A stretch of DNA of 64,000 bases from an uncultured Chloroflexia bacterium. Lineage in GTDB: Bacteria; Chloroflexota; Limnocylindria; Limnocylindrales; CSP1-4. The stretch covers positions 480,001 to 544,000 of the forward strand of contig CAWHXD010000019.1 in NCBI GenBank assembly GCA_963833225.1, written 5' to 3'. The notes below the pieces were generated by a model. It was not told the origin of the DNA. It made no database searches and saw nothing but the letters and a program-made list of their open reading frames with translations. The translations under genes were made by a program, and so were the position numbers. Shown here piece after piece: positions 18,533-29,874 of the stretch (its first letter is position 1; each line of letters opens with the position of its first letter).

Positions 18533-19577
18533 ATGACCGAGATGGCCATCGGATATCGAGTCCATCGCCCGGCTGCTCGTCGCCCCCAGCAAGGGCATCC
18601 TCGCCGCCGACGAATCGCACGGCACGATCGGGAAGCGCTTCAGCGCCGTCGGCATCGAGTCGACCGAGGCGACTCGGCGGGCCTACCGCAACCTGCTGTT
18701 CACGACGCCCGGTGTCGAGGCGCACATCAGTGGGGCGATCCTGTTTGACGAGACGATCCGCCAGGCGTCCGATGACGGCACGCCGTTCCCGGACCTCCTG
18801 GCGCGACGGAGGATCATCCCCGGGATCAAGGTGGACCGTGGCGCGAAGGCGCTGGCGGGGGCGCCCGGTGAGAAGGTCACGGAAGGGCTCGACGGACTCC
18901 GCGAGCGACTTGTGGAGTACCGCGAGCTGGGAGCCCACTTCGCGAAATGGCGTGCGGTGATCAAGATCGGCCCCGATCTGCCGACCGACTATGCGATCCG
19001 GGTCAACGCCCAGGCCCTGGCCCGCTTCGCCGCGCTGGCCCAGGAGGCCGACCTCGTCCCGATCGTCGAGCCCGAGGTGCTCATGGATGGCGCGCACACC
19101 ATCGAGCGCAGCTTCGAGGTCACCGGGCGCACGCTCGAGGCGGTGTTCAGTGAACTCCATGCCCAGCGGGTGCGGCTTGAGGCGCTGCTGCTGAAGCCGA
19201 ACATGGTCCTGGCCGGCTACGAGTGCCCGGAGCAGGCGACGCACGCGGAGGTCGCCGAGTGGACGATCCGCGCCCTCCGCCGTCACGTACCGGCGGCGGT
19301 GCCCGGCATCGTCTTCCTGTCCGGCGGTCAGAGCGACGAGGACGCAACCGCCAACCTCGACGCGCTGAATCGCATGGGCGGACAGCCATGGCAGCTGTCG
19401 TTCTCGTTCGGCCGGGCCCTCCAGGCAGCGGCGCTCAGGGTGTGGGCCGGCGATCCCGGCAACGCGCCGGCGGCTCAGGGTGTGTTCGCCGGTCGGGCAG
19501 CGCAGACGGGAGCGGCCCGTGGCGGGATGCACCCGCCGGAGGCCGAACCCGTGGTTGCGCGTGACCGCGAGGGGTGA
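18533..19577 (+). CDS. Class I fructose-bisphosphate aldolase (frameshift near 18545)
   Basis: KGILAADES, GIKVD, FAKWR, PIVEPEV, LLKPNMV, FLSGGQS, SFSFGRALQ. Confidence 0.9.
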
Positions 19578-19580
19578 TGC

Positions 19581-20399
19581 GTGCGCCGTTCAGAGCCTCC
19601 GCACACGAATCGCGTCACGCCACCCGGTCAACGCCAACTGGTCCTGCTCCGGCACGGTGAAAGCGCCTGGAACCGGGAGAACCGGTTCACGGGCTGGACC
19701 GACGTCGACCTGTCGGCGGCCGGAAACGCCGAGGCTCACGCGTCGGCGGAGCTCCTGCGCGAGGCTGGCCTCGACTTCGATGTCGGGTTTACCTCAGTCC
19801 TCAAGCGGGCGATTCGCACGCTCAGGACCGTGGCCGACGACCTCGACCGGATGTGGGTGCCGGTTCACCGCAGCTGGCGACTGAACGAGCGCCACCCCGG
19901 TGCGTTGCAGGGGCTCAACAAGGCCGAGACCGCGGAGCGCTTCGGCGAGGCACAGGTCCACAGCTGGCGGCGGAGCTACGGAGTGCGACCACCGCCGCTC
20001 GTGCCTGGCGATCCCCGCTGGGAGCGGGATGACCCTCGCTATGCCGCCCTTGACGACGCGGAGCTGCCACGCGGCGAGTCGCTGGCCGACACGATCGCGC
20101 GCGTGCTGCCCTGCTGGCGCGAGGGGATTGCCCCCGCGCTTCGGGCCGGCCAGCGTGTGCTGGTCGTGGCCCACGGGAACAGCCTGCGCGCGCTCGTGAT
20201 GCATCTCGACCAACTCGGCGAGGAAGAGATCGCCGCCCTGACCATCCCCACCGGAATTCCACTCGTCTACCGCCTCACTGCCGAGCTGCGACCGATCGAT
20301 CACCGTTACCTCGGTGCGCGCCCGCGATGCGTGTCTTCGATGGCGTCGTGGCGGGCGCGACCACCTGGCCGCCGAGCGGTTATCGGCGGATGCGGATGA
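19581..20399 (+). CDS. gpmA: 2,3-bisphosphoglycerate-dependent phosphoglycerate mutase
   Basis: [51 protein letters not shown]. Confidence 0.92.
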   Translation: MRRSEPPHTNRVTPPGQRQLVLLRHGESAWNRENRFTGWTDVDLSAAGNAEAHASAELLREAGLDFDVGFTSVLKRAIRTLRTVADDLDRMWVPVHRSWRLNERHPGALQGLNKAETAERFGEAQVHSWRRSYGVRPPPLVPGDPRWERDDPRYAALDDAELPRGESLADTIARVLPCWREGIAPALRAGQRVLVVAHGNSLRALVMHLDQLGEEEIAALTIPTGIPLVYRLTAELRPIDHRYLGARPRCVSSMASWRARPPGRRAVIGGCG

Positions 20400-21292
20400 C
20401 TCCGCGAGGCGTCACCGTGGCGATCGTGTCCGCGGTCCTCGGCGTCGTCGGTTGCGGCAGCGAGCCAGCGAACGACGGCCGTCCACTGATCGTCGCGACC
20501 ACGACGATCGTTGGTGAACTCGTCGCGCACGTCGCGGGCGACCAGGCCCGGGTCGAGGTCCTGATGCCGGTCGGGGCGGATCCGCATGATTTCGAGCCGT
20601 CCGCCCGCCAGGCGGCCAGCCTCCACGACGCCGCGCTGGTGGTCAGCAGCGGCCTGGGTCTCGAGGTCGGGCTTTTCGACGCGCTGGAAGCGGCGGCAGA
20701 GGAGGGGACGCCGATCCTCGAGCTCGGTCCAGCGCTCGACCCGCGGCCGCTGGGCGATAACGCCGGCGTGCCGGACCCGCACTGGTGGCTCGACCCGATC
20801 CGCGCGACGCGGGCGGTGGATCTCATCGGCGAGCGCCTCGGCGGGATCGCCGCAGGCGGCTGGGCGGCACGGGCGACGAGGTATGCCGACCAGCTGACGG
20901 CACTCGATGGCGAGCTCCGTTCCACTCTCGACACGATCCCGAGCTCGCGACGGACGCTCATCACGAGCCACGCAGCCTTCGGCTACTTCGCCGAGCGCTA
21001 CGACTTCACGATCATCGGGGTCCTCGTCCCTGGCGGCTCGACCCAGGCGCAGACGGATCCGAGACAGCTCGCCGAACTGGCGGCGGTGATCCGCGCCGCA
21101 GGCGTGCCGGCGATCTTCGGCGAGATGACGCTGTCGACCAACGTGGCCGACGCGCTGGCGGCCGAGGTCGGCGAGGAGGTCCGGGTGGTCATCCTCTTTA
21201 CCGGCTCGCTTGGCGAGCCCGGCTCGGGCGCCGATACCTACGTCGGGATGCTCCGCACGGACGCCGAGCTGATCGCCGAGGCCCTGACCTGA
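20396..21292 (+). CDS. Zn/Mn ABC transporter substrate-binding lipoprotein
   Basis: Lipobox [27 protein letters not shown]. Confidence 0.92.
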   Translation: MTPRGVTVAIVSAVLGVVGCGSEPANDGRPLIVATTTIVGELVAHVAGDQARVEVLMPVGADPHDFEPSARQAASLHDAALVVSSGLGLEVGLFDALEAAAEEGTPILELGPALDPRPLGDNAGVPDPHWWLDPIRATRAVDLIGERLGGIAAGGWAARATRYADQLTALDGELRSTLDTIPSSRRTLITSHAAFGYFAERYDFTIIGVLVPGGSTQAQTDPRQLAELAAVIRAAGVPAIFGEMTLSTNVADALAAEVGEEVRVVILFTGSLGEPGSGADTYVGMLRTDAELIAEALT

Positions 21293-21297
21293 CCGCC

Positions 21298-22161
21298 ATG
21301 TTCGACTGGCTCATCGACCCCTTCTCGGTCCACTTCATGCAGCAGGCGCTCCTCGGCGGCCTGCTGGCCGCAGTGACCACCTCGCTCATCGGGACGTGGG
21401 TGGTCATCCGGGGGATGACCTTCATGGGCGATGCGCTTGCCCATGGCGTCCTACCCGGAATCGCGCTGGCGTTCGTCCTCGGGGTTGACCTGACCCTCGG
21501 CGCCGTCGCCGGGGCGCTCGTCATGGTTGCCGGCATTGCGTTCGTCCACCGCAAGGCCCGCCTGCGCGAGGACACCGGCATCGGTCTGCTCTTTGTCGGG
21601 ATGCTGGCCCTGGGGGTGATCATCGTCTCGCGGCTGCCGTCGTTCACGACCAGTCTCACGACCTTCCTGTTCGGCGACATCCTCGGCGTTCGATCGTCGG
21701 ACCTGCTCGTGCAGGCGGCAGCCGCTGCGATCGCCGTCGTCGGGATCGTCGTCCTCTACCGGCCCTTCCTCGTCCTATCGTTCAACGAGGCGAAGGCCCA
21801 GATGCTGTGCCTTCACCCGCGGCTGGCCCACATCGCGATGCTCACGCTGCTGACCCTGGCGATCGTCACCTCCTTCCGGGCGGTCGGCACGCTGCTCGTG
21901 TTCGGCCTCCTGATCGCGCCGCCCGCGACCGCTGCGCTGCTGGCGCGAAGCGTCCCGACGATGATGGTCACGGCGGCGGGTCTCGGCTGCGCCTCGGTCG
22001 TGATCGGGCTCCTGCTGAGCTGGCACCTTGGCACCGCCGCCGGCGCGACAGTCGCCGCCGTGGCGGTCGCCGTCTTCTTTGCGGTCCTCCTCGCGCGTGA
22101 CGTGGCTGATCCCGTCTTCCGTTCCAGGCGCCGGACCTCGGTCATCGATGGTGGCTCCTGA
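21298..22161 (+). CDS. Zn/Mn ABC transporter permease
   Basis: FMGDALAHGVLPG, EDTGIG, FLFGDIL. Confidence 0.92.
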   Translation: MFDWLIDPFSVHFMQQALLGGLLAAVTTSLIGTWVVIRGMTFMGDALAHGVLPGIALAFVLGVDLTLGAVAGALVMVAGIAFVHRKARLREDTGIGLLFVGMLALGVIIVSRLPSFTTSLTTFLFGDILGVRSSDLLVQAAAAAIAVVGIVVLYRPFLVLSFNEAKAQMLCLHPRLAHIAMLTLLTLAIVTSFRAVGTLLVFGLLIAPPATAALLARSVPTMMVTAAGLGCASVVIGLLLSWHLGTAAGATVAAVAVAVFFAVLLARDVADPVFRSRRRTSVIDGGS

Positions 22162-22981
22162 GGTGCGCGAGCCGGCTGTCATGGCTCGTGACCTCGTCCT
22201 CGCCTACGGCGAGCGCGTGGCCCTCGCGGCCTCGGACTTCGACATCCCGGCCGGCGCGCTGATCGCTCTCATCGGCCCGAATGGTTCCGGGAAATCGACG
22301 ATCCTCAACGCGATCTCGGGGCTCCTCGAACCGACCTCGGGACGGCTCGCGGTGCTTGCGGGCCCGCGACGGCTGGCGGCGATCGCCTACGTGCTCCAGT
22401 CGACCGCGGTCAACGAGGCGATGCCGGTCACCGTCCGGGAGGTCGTCGGCATGGGCCGTTACGGCGGCCTCGGGCCGTTCCGCCGGTTCACCACCCAGGA
22501 CCGGGCGCTGTGCGCGGCTGCGATGGACCGTCTGGCCATCACCGAGCTGGCATCGCGCCACCTCGATGAGCTGTCCGGCGGGCAGCGCCAGCGTGTCTTC
22601 GTGGCCCAGGGGCTTGCCCAGGCCGCCGACCTGCTGCTGCTCGACGAGCCGATCACCGGGCTCGACCTGCCGTCAACCGAGCGGATCCGCACCGCGATCG
22701 AGGAGGAACGACGACGCGGCGTCACGGTCATCCTGACCACCCATGAGCTGGCCGATGCCGCCGCTGCCGACTGGGTGCTGTTGCTGGCCGGGAGGGTCGT
22801 GGCGGCCGGGCCGCCCGACGAGGTCCTCGTGCCGGCGCGGCTTTCCGAGGCGTACGGTGTGTCGTTCGTGACCGAGGGCGGTCGCACAATGATCGACGAC
22901 CCGGGCCACCGCCCACGGGCGGCGCGGCATTCCGAGACACACGCACGCACGGGCCCCGACCTCGATGCGCTCCCCGAATGA
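22148..22981 (+). CDS. Zn/Mn ABC transporter ATPase
   Basis: GPNGSGKST, LSGGQRQR, LLLDEP. Confidence 0.92.
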   Translation: MVAPEVREPAVMARDLVLAYGERVALAASDFDIPAGALIALIGPNGSGKSTILNAISGLLEPTSGRLAVLAGPRRLAAIAYVLQSTAVNEAMPVTVREVVGMGRYGGLGPFRRFTTQDRALCAAAMDRLAITELASRHLDELSGGQRQRVFVAQGLAQAADLLLLDEPITGLDLPSTERIRTAIEEERRRGVTVILTTHELADAAAADWVLLLAGRVVAAGPPDEVLVPARLSEAYGVSFVTEGGRTMIDDPGHRPRAARHSETHARTGPDLDALPE

Positions 22982-23150
22982 TGGGACGGGGGACCGCCGC
23001 TGTGGCCGACCGCCGCTGTGGGCTGCTAAGAAGAAGGGATGCTTCCGCTCCCCCGTCCGCTCCCCCGCTCGTCGGATTCCAGACAAGAGGCTTGACATCG
23101 CCACGGGCGCTCAGGGGTTGAGCGCGCAACGTACTCGTTCGTGACGGCGC

Positions 23151-25442
23151 TCACTCCACCTTCTCGATCAACCCGCGCAGTGCAGCCTGGTCGGGCGCCA
23201 GCAGCTCCGCGACCCGGGTCCCGTTCACCTCCGCAACGATGATCTCGCCGAGCTCGGTCCGGACGTCGCCGTACAGTCCCAGCGCCTGCATCCGCTCGGT
23301 CTGGACCCGGTTGTCCTCGGTGGGGCTGACGTAGTGCACGGACCCTGCCTTGTAGCGGTGGACCAGGAACAGGTGCGCGAGCGTCATCAGCCGCCGCCGG
23401 CGGAATGCCGGCTCATACGTGCCCTGGTCGCGCACCGAGAGGATCGATCGGCCGCGCCGGTCGTGGATCGGGGCGAACACGATCGAGGCCACCCGCCGCC
23501 CATCGGCGCCCAAGAGGGTCAGATCCAGCAACTCCGAGCCGGCCCGATGGGGGAGCAGCCGCACTCGGAGTGCCTCGTCGACCCCGTTCGACGCCGCCCA
23601 CAGCGTGAGCCAGCTCTCGAGCAGCTTCTTGGGGACCTCCGTCTGGATCGCGTGCTGGTGCTGGGTTGAGCCCTTGCCCATCGCCATCGTCGTGGCGGTG
23701 CGCCCCGATGAGGCCCTCAGCGCGGCGTCCAGCCGCGGCCCGCCGACCAGCGTCTGCGGCGTCCGGTACGGTGACTCAAGGAGCCGGATCTTGCGCTGCA
23801 ACTTGGCCAGCGCCAGCATCCCCTCCTCCTGGAGCGAGCGAGCGAACTCCTCGCTCGCGACGCCGTCGACCTGGTGGCCGCCATAGGTGATGAAGTTGAA
23901 CACGAAGCCCATCTTCCCCAGCTCCTCGGGGAAGCGGCGCATCTCGTCGTCGCTCATCCCGGTGGAGTCCCAGTTGAAGGACGGCGACAGGTTGTAGGCG
24001 AGCATCTTGTCGGGATGCACGGCGTGGATGGCGTCGGCGAACTCCCTCGCGTCCGCGAGGTCCGCGGTCTTCGTCTCCATCCACAGGATGTCGGCGAACG
24101 GCGCCACGGCGAGCGACTTGGCGATCGCGTACGGGATCCCGCCCCGGACCTGGTAGTAGCCCTCGGGGGTGGCTGCGAGCTCCGGGTCCCACGCCACGTC
24201 GAGGCCCAGCGTGCGCGCGCGCTCCATGGCGACCGCGTGCGGGGCGCCCTCGGCGGACCTGAGCCACTCGTCTGCCGGCAGCGAGCGAGCGCCACCCTCA
24301 GACTCGGCCTCGCGCTGGCGGAGGTGGTCGGCGACGGCGTCGGCGTAGGTAACGAGCCCGGCCTCGTCATCCCACGCCTCGAGGAATCGGGCGGCGGCCC
24401 GATCGAACGTGGTGTCGACGTCGGCACCGGCAACGATCTCTGCCGCGGCCGCGTCCACCGCGGCCCGCAGGCCCGTGCGCTCGAGCCACGCATCGGCCGC
24501 GGCGTACTCGACGTCGGTGATCGCGTACAGAAGATGGCCGTTGAGCTCCTTGGCGCCGGCGGCGTGGAACCGGCGGATGAGCGCGAGGTAGGCGACCTTG
24601 TACGAGGGGACGTCGAGGTTGGTGACCCCGAGCACGAACGGCTGGTCCCGCTCGTCGGTCCGGGTCTCGATGAGGTTGGCCGACTCGGCATCGGTGCGGG
24701 CGACGATGATCCCGGGCACGCGCATGACATCGAGCTGGAGGCGGGCGGCGTTGAGGCGCTTGATCTGCTCGCTGGAGCTGACCAGCACCTTGCCCCCCTG
24801 GTGACCGCACTTCTTGGTGCCTGGCCGCTGGTCCTCGATGTGATAGCCGGGGACGCCCGCCTCCACGAACCGGCGAACGAGGTTGCGCACGTGGGGGTCG
24901 CCGCCGTGGCCGGTGTCGGCGTCGGCGATGATGAACGGGCGGTAGTCGACGGCGGGAGTCGCCTCGCGCTGGGCGGGGGTCATCCGGGAGCGCAGGTACG
25001 CCTGGTTGCGATCGGCGGTCAGCAGCGCGCGGACGAGGCCGGTCGCCTCGTCGGGCACCTGCGAGAGCGGGTATGACGCGAGATCCGGCCCCGGATCCTC
25101 GGTGGTCGAGCCCTTGGCCGAGGTCGCCCAGCCGCCCAGGTAGATGCCTTCGATCCCCAGGCGCTTCATGACCACGGCTTGGCCCGGCGAGTAGGGCCCG
25201 AAGGTGGTGACACTGCGGCCTTGGGCGAACAGCTCGCGCAGCCTCGCATGGAAGGCGGCGGCCGCCTCGCGGGCGACCGTGTGGTCCGAGGCGATCGTGC
25301 CTCGCTGCTCCACGACCTGGCGCGCCGAGTGGAGGCGGGTGAGCCCGGCGAAACGCGGCGAGGCGAGCCACGCGTGCGTCGCGGCGATGTCGTCCTCGAA
25401 CGGGGTCTGCGGGGCGGTCGTCAGGTCGAGCAGGGCGGTCAT
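23151..25442 (-). CDS. aceA: Isocitrate lyase, long ICL2 type with C-terminal extra domain
   Basis: [38 protein letters not shown]; 763 aa. Confidence 0.93.
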   Translation of the reverse strand: MTALLDLTTAPQTPFEDDIAATHAWLASPRFAGLTRLHSARQVVEQRGTIASDHTVAREAAAAFHARLRELFAQGRSVTTFGPYSPGQAVVMKRLGIEGIYLGGWATSAKGSTTEDPGPDLASYPLSQVPDEATGLVRALLTADRNQAYLRSRMTPAQREATPAVDYRPFIIADADTGHGGDPHVRNLVRRFVEAGVPGYHIEDQRPGTKKCGHQGGKVLVSSSEQIKRLNAARLQLDVMRVPGIIVARTDAESANLIETRTDERDQPFVLGVTNLDVPSYKVAYLALIRRFHAAGAKELNGHLLYAITDVEYAAADAWLERTGLRAAVDAAAAEIVAGADVDTTFDRAAARFLEAWDDEAGLVTYADAVADHLRQREAESEGGARSLPADEWLRSAEGAPHAVAMERARTLGLDVAWDPELAATPEGYYQVRGGIPYAIAKSLAVAPFADILWMETKTADLADAREFADAIHAVHPDKMLAYNLSPSFNWDSTGMSDDEMRRFPEELGKMGFVFNFITYGGHQVDGVASEEFARSLQEEGMLALAKLQRKIRLLESPYRTPQTLVGGPRLDAALRASSGRTATTMAMGKGSTQHQHAIQTEVPKKLLESWLTLWAASNGVDEALRVRLLPHRAGSELLDLTLLGADGRRVASIVFAPIHDRRGRSILSVRDQGTYEPAFRRRRLMTLAHLFLVHRYKAGSVHYVSPTEDNRVQTERMQALGLYGDVRTELGEIIVAEVNGTRVAELLAPDQAALRGLIEKVE

Positions 25443-27385
25443 GGCAGGTCTCCGGTCTCGGGCAGGTTCGGCGGGGGCTTGGCCGCCGGCGCCGGCTGGT
25501 CAGGTCGCGAGTTGAAGTCCGGATTGGCGGTGAGGCGGGTGCCGTCGCGGGCGATGGCGGCGAGGTAGCGGTTCGCCCGCTCCCGCTCGGTGGTCGGGCC
25601 CTCAGCCTCGAGGCCGAGGTTGAGCAGGTCGACGTACCAGGCTGGCTTGGCCGCCGCCGGCACGTAGGCTTCGACGGCCGCGCGGGCGACCGGCAGCGTG
25701 GTCTCCTTGGAGTCGTCGTGGACGTCGCGACCATTGGCGGCACGCAACTTCGCGTGCTCCTCGTCGAGAAGTCGCGCGAACAGGGCCGGCGTCAGCGCGT
25801 CCCCGGCGCGGACACCGGTCTCGGTGTCGTCCTCGGTGAATGGGGCGGCCTTGTGCAGCCACTCCCACAGGATCGAGAGCCGGATCTCACCGGTGGCCAT
25901 GTCCTCCATGAGGTACAGCACATCGTCATCGCCGAAGAAGTCGGCCGGCTTGAGAGCGGCAGCCTGGAAGCCGCGCAGGAACGCGTTGCCGTACTGGAGC
26001 CCCACCGAGAGCAGGTCGCGCGCGCCGCGGACCGTCCGCGGGGCCGGCTCGAGGGCAGTCAGGGCAGCCGCATCGTCCCCGTCGTAGGTGAGGGCCGGGA
26101 AGGAGCGTCCCAGCTGGTTGGCCTCGCCGGCGCGCTCCCACACCGGGCGGATGACGTGGACCATCTTCCAGTGGGCGACCCACTTGCCGGACGCGCCTTC
26201 GCGCTGCTCGCGCTCGGCGCCGGCGACGGCCTTGCCCATCGCGGACTCCACGCCCCGCTCCGAGCCAACGGGGATCTGCGCCTCCATGCCGCCCTGCCAC
26301 AGCGCGAACTGTCCGAGCGCATCGGGCGTGTTGACGGCGCGCCGCACGCGGTCCTCGTACGCACGCATGTAGGCGTACGTCATGCCGATGGCATCGATGT
26401 TCGGATTGGCGAAGCTGTCATTCCCGTGGAGCGCGTCGGCGACCGAGTTGATGTAGTCCCAGCGCCCAGTGTTGAAGCCCACGAAGTGGCGGCCGAGCGC
26501 GGCCCGGATCTCCATGAGCTGGAACGCTGCCTCGAGCTGCTCCACCAGCACGTACACGCGGATCGTGGCCGGTGGGAGTTCGAGGTGCGCCTCAAGGGAC
26601 TCGAGCAGCTCGCGCCACAGCGCCGCCTCATCGGCACGCTGGATCTTGGGCAGGTAGAGGGCGACGCTCCTGCCCTCGTCGAGCAGCGTGCGCGCGTTGG
26701 CGGCGACGTACAGGACGAGGTCCACGATCGAGGCGCCGAACCCGGTGCCGTCGGCCCGTCGGACATGCCGGTCGTCGAGATGGAGACCGCGCGGGCGGAA
26801 CAGGCGCGTCGTGAACCGGAGCTGATCTCGCCAGTCGTCGATGATGCGCCTGCCCAGGAAGGCTGCTGCCCAGTCGTTCATCTCGGCGGCAACGCCTTCC
26901 GCGATTGCCAGGAACCCAGGGTCGGCCGCGTACGCGAGCCGCAGGTTGCGCTGGTTGTCGAGCGCCATGAACTCGGTCTGGCCAAGGGCGTCCTCGCCGT
27001 CGAACATCCAGCCGTCGGCGCCTGAGAGCAGCGCGTACGCCGGGCTGCGCAGGCTCGACGCGAGCGAGCTTCGCGGCTTTGTCGCGGGCCCGGTGCCCTG
27101 GATCCACTGGCGCTCAAGGTCTGGCGGGATAGCGGCGCCCTCGAAGCGGCCGGCACGGGCGTCGGCCACCCGGATCGAGGTCCTGCCGATGGTCGAGGCG
27201 GGGTCGAGGAAGGCGACCGGCTCTCCATGGCGGGCGCGCTCGAGCCGCCGGCGGGCCCGGGCAGCCATCAGGTCGCGGCGCGCGTCGTCGAGCGGGGTCA
27301 GCGCCCTGAGGGCCGCCAGGGCGCCAGGGGTCAGGACATCCTCGTACGCGGGAAGCAGACCGCGACGAAGCTGCAGCGTGTCCAT
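25439..27385 (-). CDS. aceB: Malate synthase
   Basis: [47 protein letters not shown]; ATGA overlap with aceA. Confidence 0.9.
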   Translation of the reverse strand: MDTLQLRRGLLPAYEDVLTPGALAALRALTPLDDARRDLMAARARRRLERARHGEPVAFLDPASTIGRTSIRVADARAGRFEGAAIPPDLERQWIQGTGPATKPRSSLASSLRSPAYALLSGADGWMFDGEDALGQTEFMALDNQRNLRLAYAADPGFLAIAEGVAAEMNDWAAAFLGRRIIDDWRDQLRFTTRLFRPRGLHLDDRHVRRADGTGFGASIVDLVLYVAANARTLLDEGRSVALYLPKIQRADEAALWRELLESLEAHLELPPATIRVYVLVEQLEAAFQLMEIRAALGRHFVGFNTGRWDYINSVADALHGNDSFANPNIDAIGMTYAYMRAYEDRVRRAVNTPDALGQFALWQGGMEAQIPVGSERGVESAMGKAVAGAEREQREGASGKWVAHWKMVHVIRPVWERAGEANQLGRSFPALTYDGDDAAALTALEPAPRTVRGARDLLSVGLQYGNAFLRGFQAAALKPADFFGDDDVLYLMEDMATGEIRLSILWEWLHKAAPFTEDDTETGVRAGDALTPALFARLLDEEHAKLRAANGRDVHDDSKETTLPVARAAVEAYVPAAAKPAWYVDLLNLGLEAEGPTTERERANRYLAAIARDGTRLTANPDFNSRPDQPAPAAKPPPNLPETGDLP

Positions 27386-27532
27386 TATCGGGGGCCCGGC
27401 CGTCTCGTGGTCGTGGACGCAGCCCGTGGGGAGGGTTCGCGAGTGGGGCTCATGTCGGATCTCCGCAGTGGGTGGAGCCGAATCATGACGTAATCCGTCC
27501 CATCAATCCAATGCTTTGTTATGATAGTTAAG

Positions 27533-27547
27533 ATCAACGATATCGAT
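27533..27547. promoter_or_regulatory. LysR-type box ATC-N9-GAT in an AT-rich divergent promoter
   Basis: ATCaacgatatcGAT in the AT-rich patch between aceB and lysR. Confidence 0.55.
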
Positions 27548-27563
27548 GGAATCAGGAGATACG

Positions 27564-28481
27564 GTGCTGACCGCGCAGGTCGAGGGCTTCTTGGAGATCG
27601 CCCGGTTGCGGAACCTCAGTCGCGCCGCGGGCGTGTTGCACCTGACCCAGCCAGCGCTCACGGCCCGGCTGCAGGCGTTGGAGGACGAGCTCGGCTCGCC
27701 GCTGTTCGAGCGATCCAGGCGGGGCATGCGGCTGACCGGGGCGGGCCGGGCGTTCCTGCCCTTCGCCGAGCGAGCGCTCGAGTCGATCGAGGCCGGCCGC
27801 TCGGTCGTCGCCGAGCATGCGCGGGGGCTCACCGGCCAGCTCACGATCGGCACCGCCCCTGCCGTTGGCGCCTACGTTCTGCCCGGCTTGCTGGCCCGGT
27901 TCATCCGCGACTTCCCGGGCATCCGGCTGGTCGTCCGCACCGGGCACTCGGAGGAGATCGTCCAGGCGGTCGCGGAGGGCAAGCTCGACGTTGGCCTGGT
28001 GCGCGAGCTGCACCACCCGGGCGTCACGGTCCGTCCGCTGTACGAGGACGAGCTGGTGCTCGTGGCGCCGCCCTCCAACGTGCTGGCCCGCGCCGGTCAT
28101 GTGGAGGTGGACCAGCTGGCCGACACGACGCTGATCCTGTTCGACCGCACATCGTCCTATTACGAGCTGACGCATGCCCTGTTCCGCGCGGCGGGCGTGG
28201 CACCGCGGGGCACGATCGAGCTGGACAACATCGAGGCCGCCAAGCAGATGGTGCGCCGCGGACTGGGCGTCGCCCTGCTGCCGCACTCGGCAATCGCGGC
28301 CGACGTCGCGAGCGGGTCGCTTCGCGCAGTGGCGCTCGAGGGAGTGGCACCTATGCGCCGCCGCCTGGTCGCGGTCCGCCGGGCAGGGGCGCCCGATTCG
28401 GGCCCCGCCGTCGCCGGGTTTCTCGACATTCTCGACCGTATCGACGAGATCATCCCGGACGAGGGCGCCATCCTCGCCTAG
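27564..28481 (+). CDS. LysR-family regulator, divergent from aceBA
   Basis: NLSRAA..LHLTQPALTARLQALE.ELG..LFER; AGGAG RBS before GTG 27564. Confidence 0.93.
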   Translation: MLTAQVEGFLEIARLRNLSRAAGVLHLTQPALTARLQALEDELGSPLFERSRRGMRLTGAGRAFLPFAERALESIEAGRSVVAEHARGLTGQLTIGTAPAVGAYVLPGLLARFIRDFPGIRLVVRTGHSEEIVQAVAEGKLDVGLVRELHHPGVTVRPLYEDELVLVAPPSNVLARAGHVEVDQLADTTLILFDRTSSYYELTHALFRAAGVAPRGTIELDNIEAAKQMVRRGLGVALLPHSAIAADVASGSLRAVALEGVAPMRRRLVAVRRAGAPDSGPAVAGFLDILDRIDEIIPDEGAILA

Positions 28482-28569
28482 ACGCCTGCGCCCGCACCCC
28501 GCCCCGTGCAAGGTCCTCGGCTGGGACAGCCCCGCCGACCGACTTCCTGGCCCTCGATCGTGTCGGTGA

Positions 28570-28896
28570 TCAGGCTGCGGGTGGTCCCTCCTTCCGCTTC
28601 GCCTGGCTGGTCCGCAGGCGGTACGCCGAGCGGTCGGTCTCGAGGATGTGGGCCCGGAAGGGGTGCCAGTCGACGACCGCGGCGGCCAGCCGCGGGTTGG
28701 TGAAGCTGAGGAGCTCGGCGAGGTACGCCCGGTGGGTGATCCGGGACCGAACCGCCGCCGTGAGCTCGTCGGCCGGGGTCAGGCTGAGCCTCTGGTCGAC
28801 ATCGCCACCCGAGAGGAATCCGATCGCGCTGGGCAGGGCGACGAGCAGCACGCCGAGCATGAGCACGAGCTGGCCCCACCGTCGGCGGTCGTTCAT
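28570..28896 (-). CDS. Small hypothetical protein with N-terminal TM/signal segment
   Basis: Hydrophobic LVLMLGVLLVALPSAIGFL; GAGGA before ATG. Confidence 0.4.
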   Translation of the reverse strand: MNDRRRWGQLVLMLGVLLVALPSAIGFLSGGDVDQRLSLTPADELTAAVRSRITHRAYLAELLSFTNPRLAAAVVDWHPFRAHILETDRSAYRLRTSQAKRKEGPPAA

Positions 28897-29139
28897 TGCG
28901 TGCCATCCTCGGGCAATCGCCCGGTCGAACGCCCAGGGCCGCCCACGCTACAGGGCGGAGTTGCCCCGCAAACCACGCCCTATCGGACGCGGGGTGGGGG
29001 CAAGGCTTTGCCCGGACGCGCGCGCGACCGGCGGTGGCGACCGTTCTGCTCCGGCTGCTCCCCACGCAGCATGAGGGTCGGGCAACGAACGCTTCCTGGC
29101 GTGGCGGGCGAGATCCACGCCCTCGATGTCACGATGCCG

Positions 29140-29874
29140 TCAGTGCCAGTCGACGTTCACGACCTCCATCGGCCCGGAGAGGCCCTTGAGCGTCGCGCTT
29201 CGGGCCGCGGAGGTCCGGTGCGATTCGCCCACCGTCGCCACGCTGGCGACGATATCTCCGGCGCCCCCGAGAGCGGCGATCCGGGCGGCCTCGTGGACGC
29301 CCTTGCCGTGGAAGTCGCCGCCCACCTGCGTCGCATCGGAGGCATGAAGCCCGATGCGCACCTGGGGCGCGAACCCCTGCGTCGCCCGGTGTTCGGCGAG
29401 TCGCCGCTGGATCGCGATCGCGGCGGCCACGGCGAGGTCGGGCGAGTCGAAGCTGACGAAGAAGCCATCGCCCGTGGTGGAGATCTCCTCGCCGTCGTGC
29501 GCGGTGAACACCTCGCGCAGGGTCGTGTTGTGCCAGCGGAGCAGCGTCTCCCAGGCCTCGTCGCCCAGGGCCTCGACCAGGTTGGTGGAGCCGACGATGT
29601 CGGTGAACATGAACGTCTTGAGGACCCGCCGGGCGGGTCCGGTCTTGCCCCGCAGCTGCCAGGGCAGGAGCTCCGTGACGTCCTCGAGGACGATGGCCGC
29701 CGTCGGGCACGAGAACGCGGCGGCGCGGAGGATCTCCTCGTCGACGGTGTCCGGCCCGACCAGATCGCTCTTGCCGTAGTCGCCGGCCAGCCAGTCGAAG
29801 GCGGTCGGCGCGAGGGTGATGCAGTTGCCGGCCCCCACGCACTTGTGGCGGTCGACGCGCGCCCGGATCGCCAT
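29140..29874 (-). CDS. Ferredoxin-class III nucleotide cyclase fusion
   Basis: VDRHKCVGAGNC...CPTAAI followed by FMFTDIVGST, TGDGFF, VRIGLH, GDFHGKGVHEAARI; ATG overlaps upstream TGA. Confidence 0.88.
   Translation of the reverse strand: MAIRARVDRHKCVGAGNCITLAPTAFDWLAGDYGKSDLVGPDTVDEEILRAAAFSCPTAAIVLEDVTELLPWQLRGKTGPARRVLKTFMFTDIVGSTNLVEALGDEAWETLLRWHNTTLREVFTAHDGEEISTTGDGFFVSFDSPDLAVAAAIAIQRRLAEHRATQGFAPQVRIGLHASDATQVGGDFHGKGVHEAARIAALGGAGDIVASVATVGESHRTSAARSATLKGLSGPMEVVNVDWH

Noticed and set aside
19890-19900. gpmA NERHPG instead of NERHYG
   Set aside because: A single-residue change with the catalytic His, Arg and Glu intact; too little to claim altered function.
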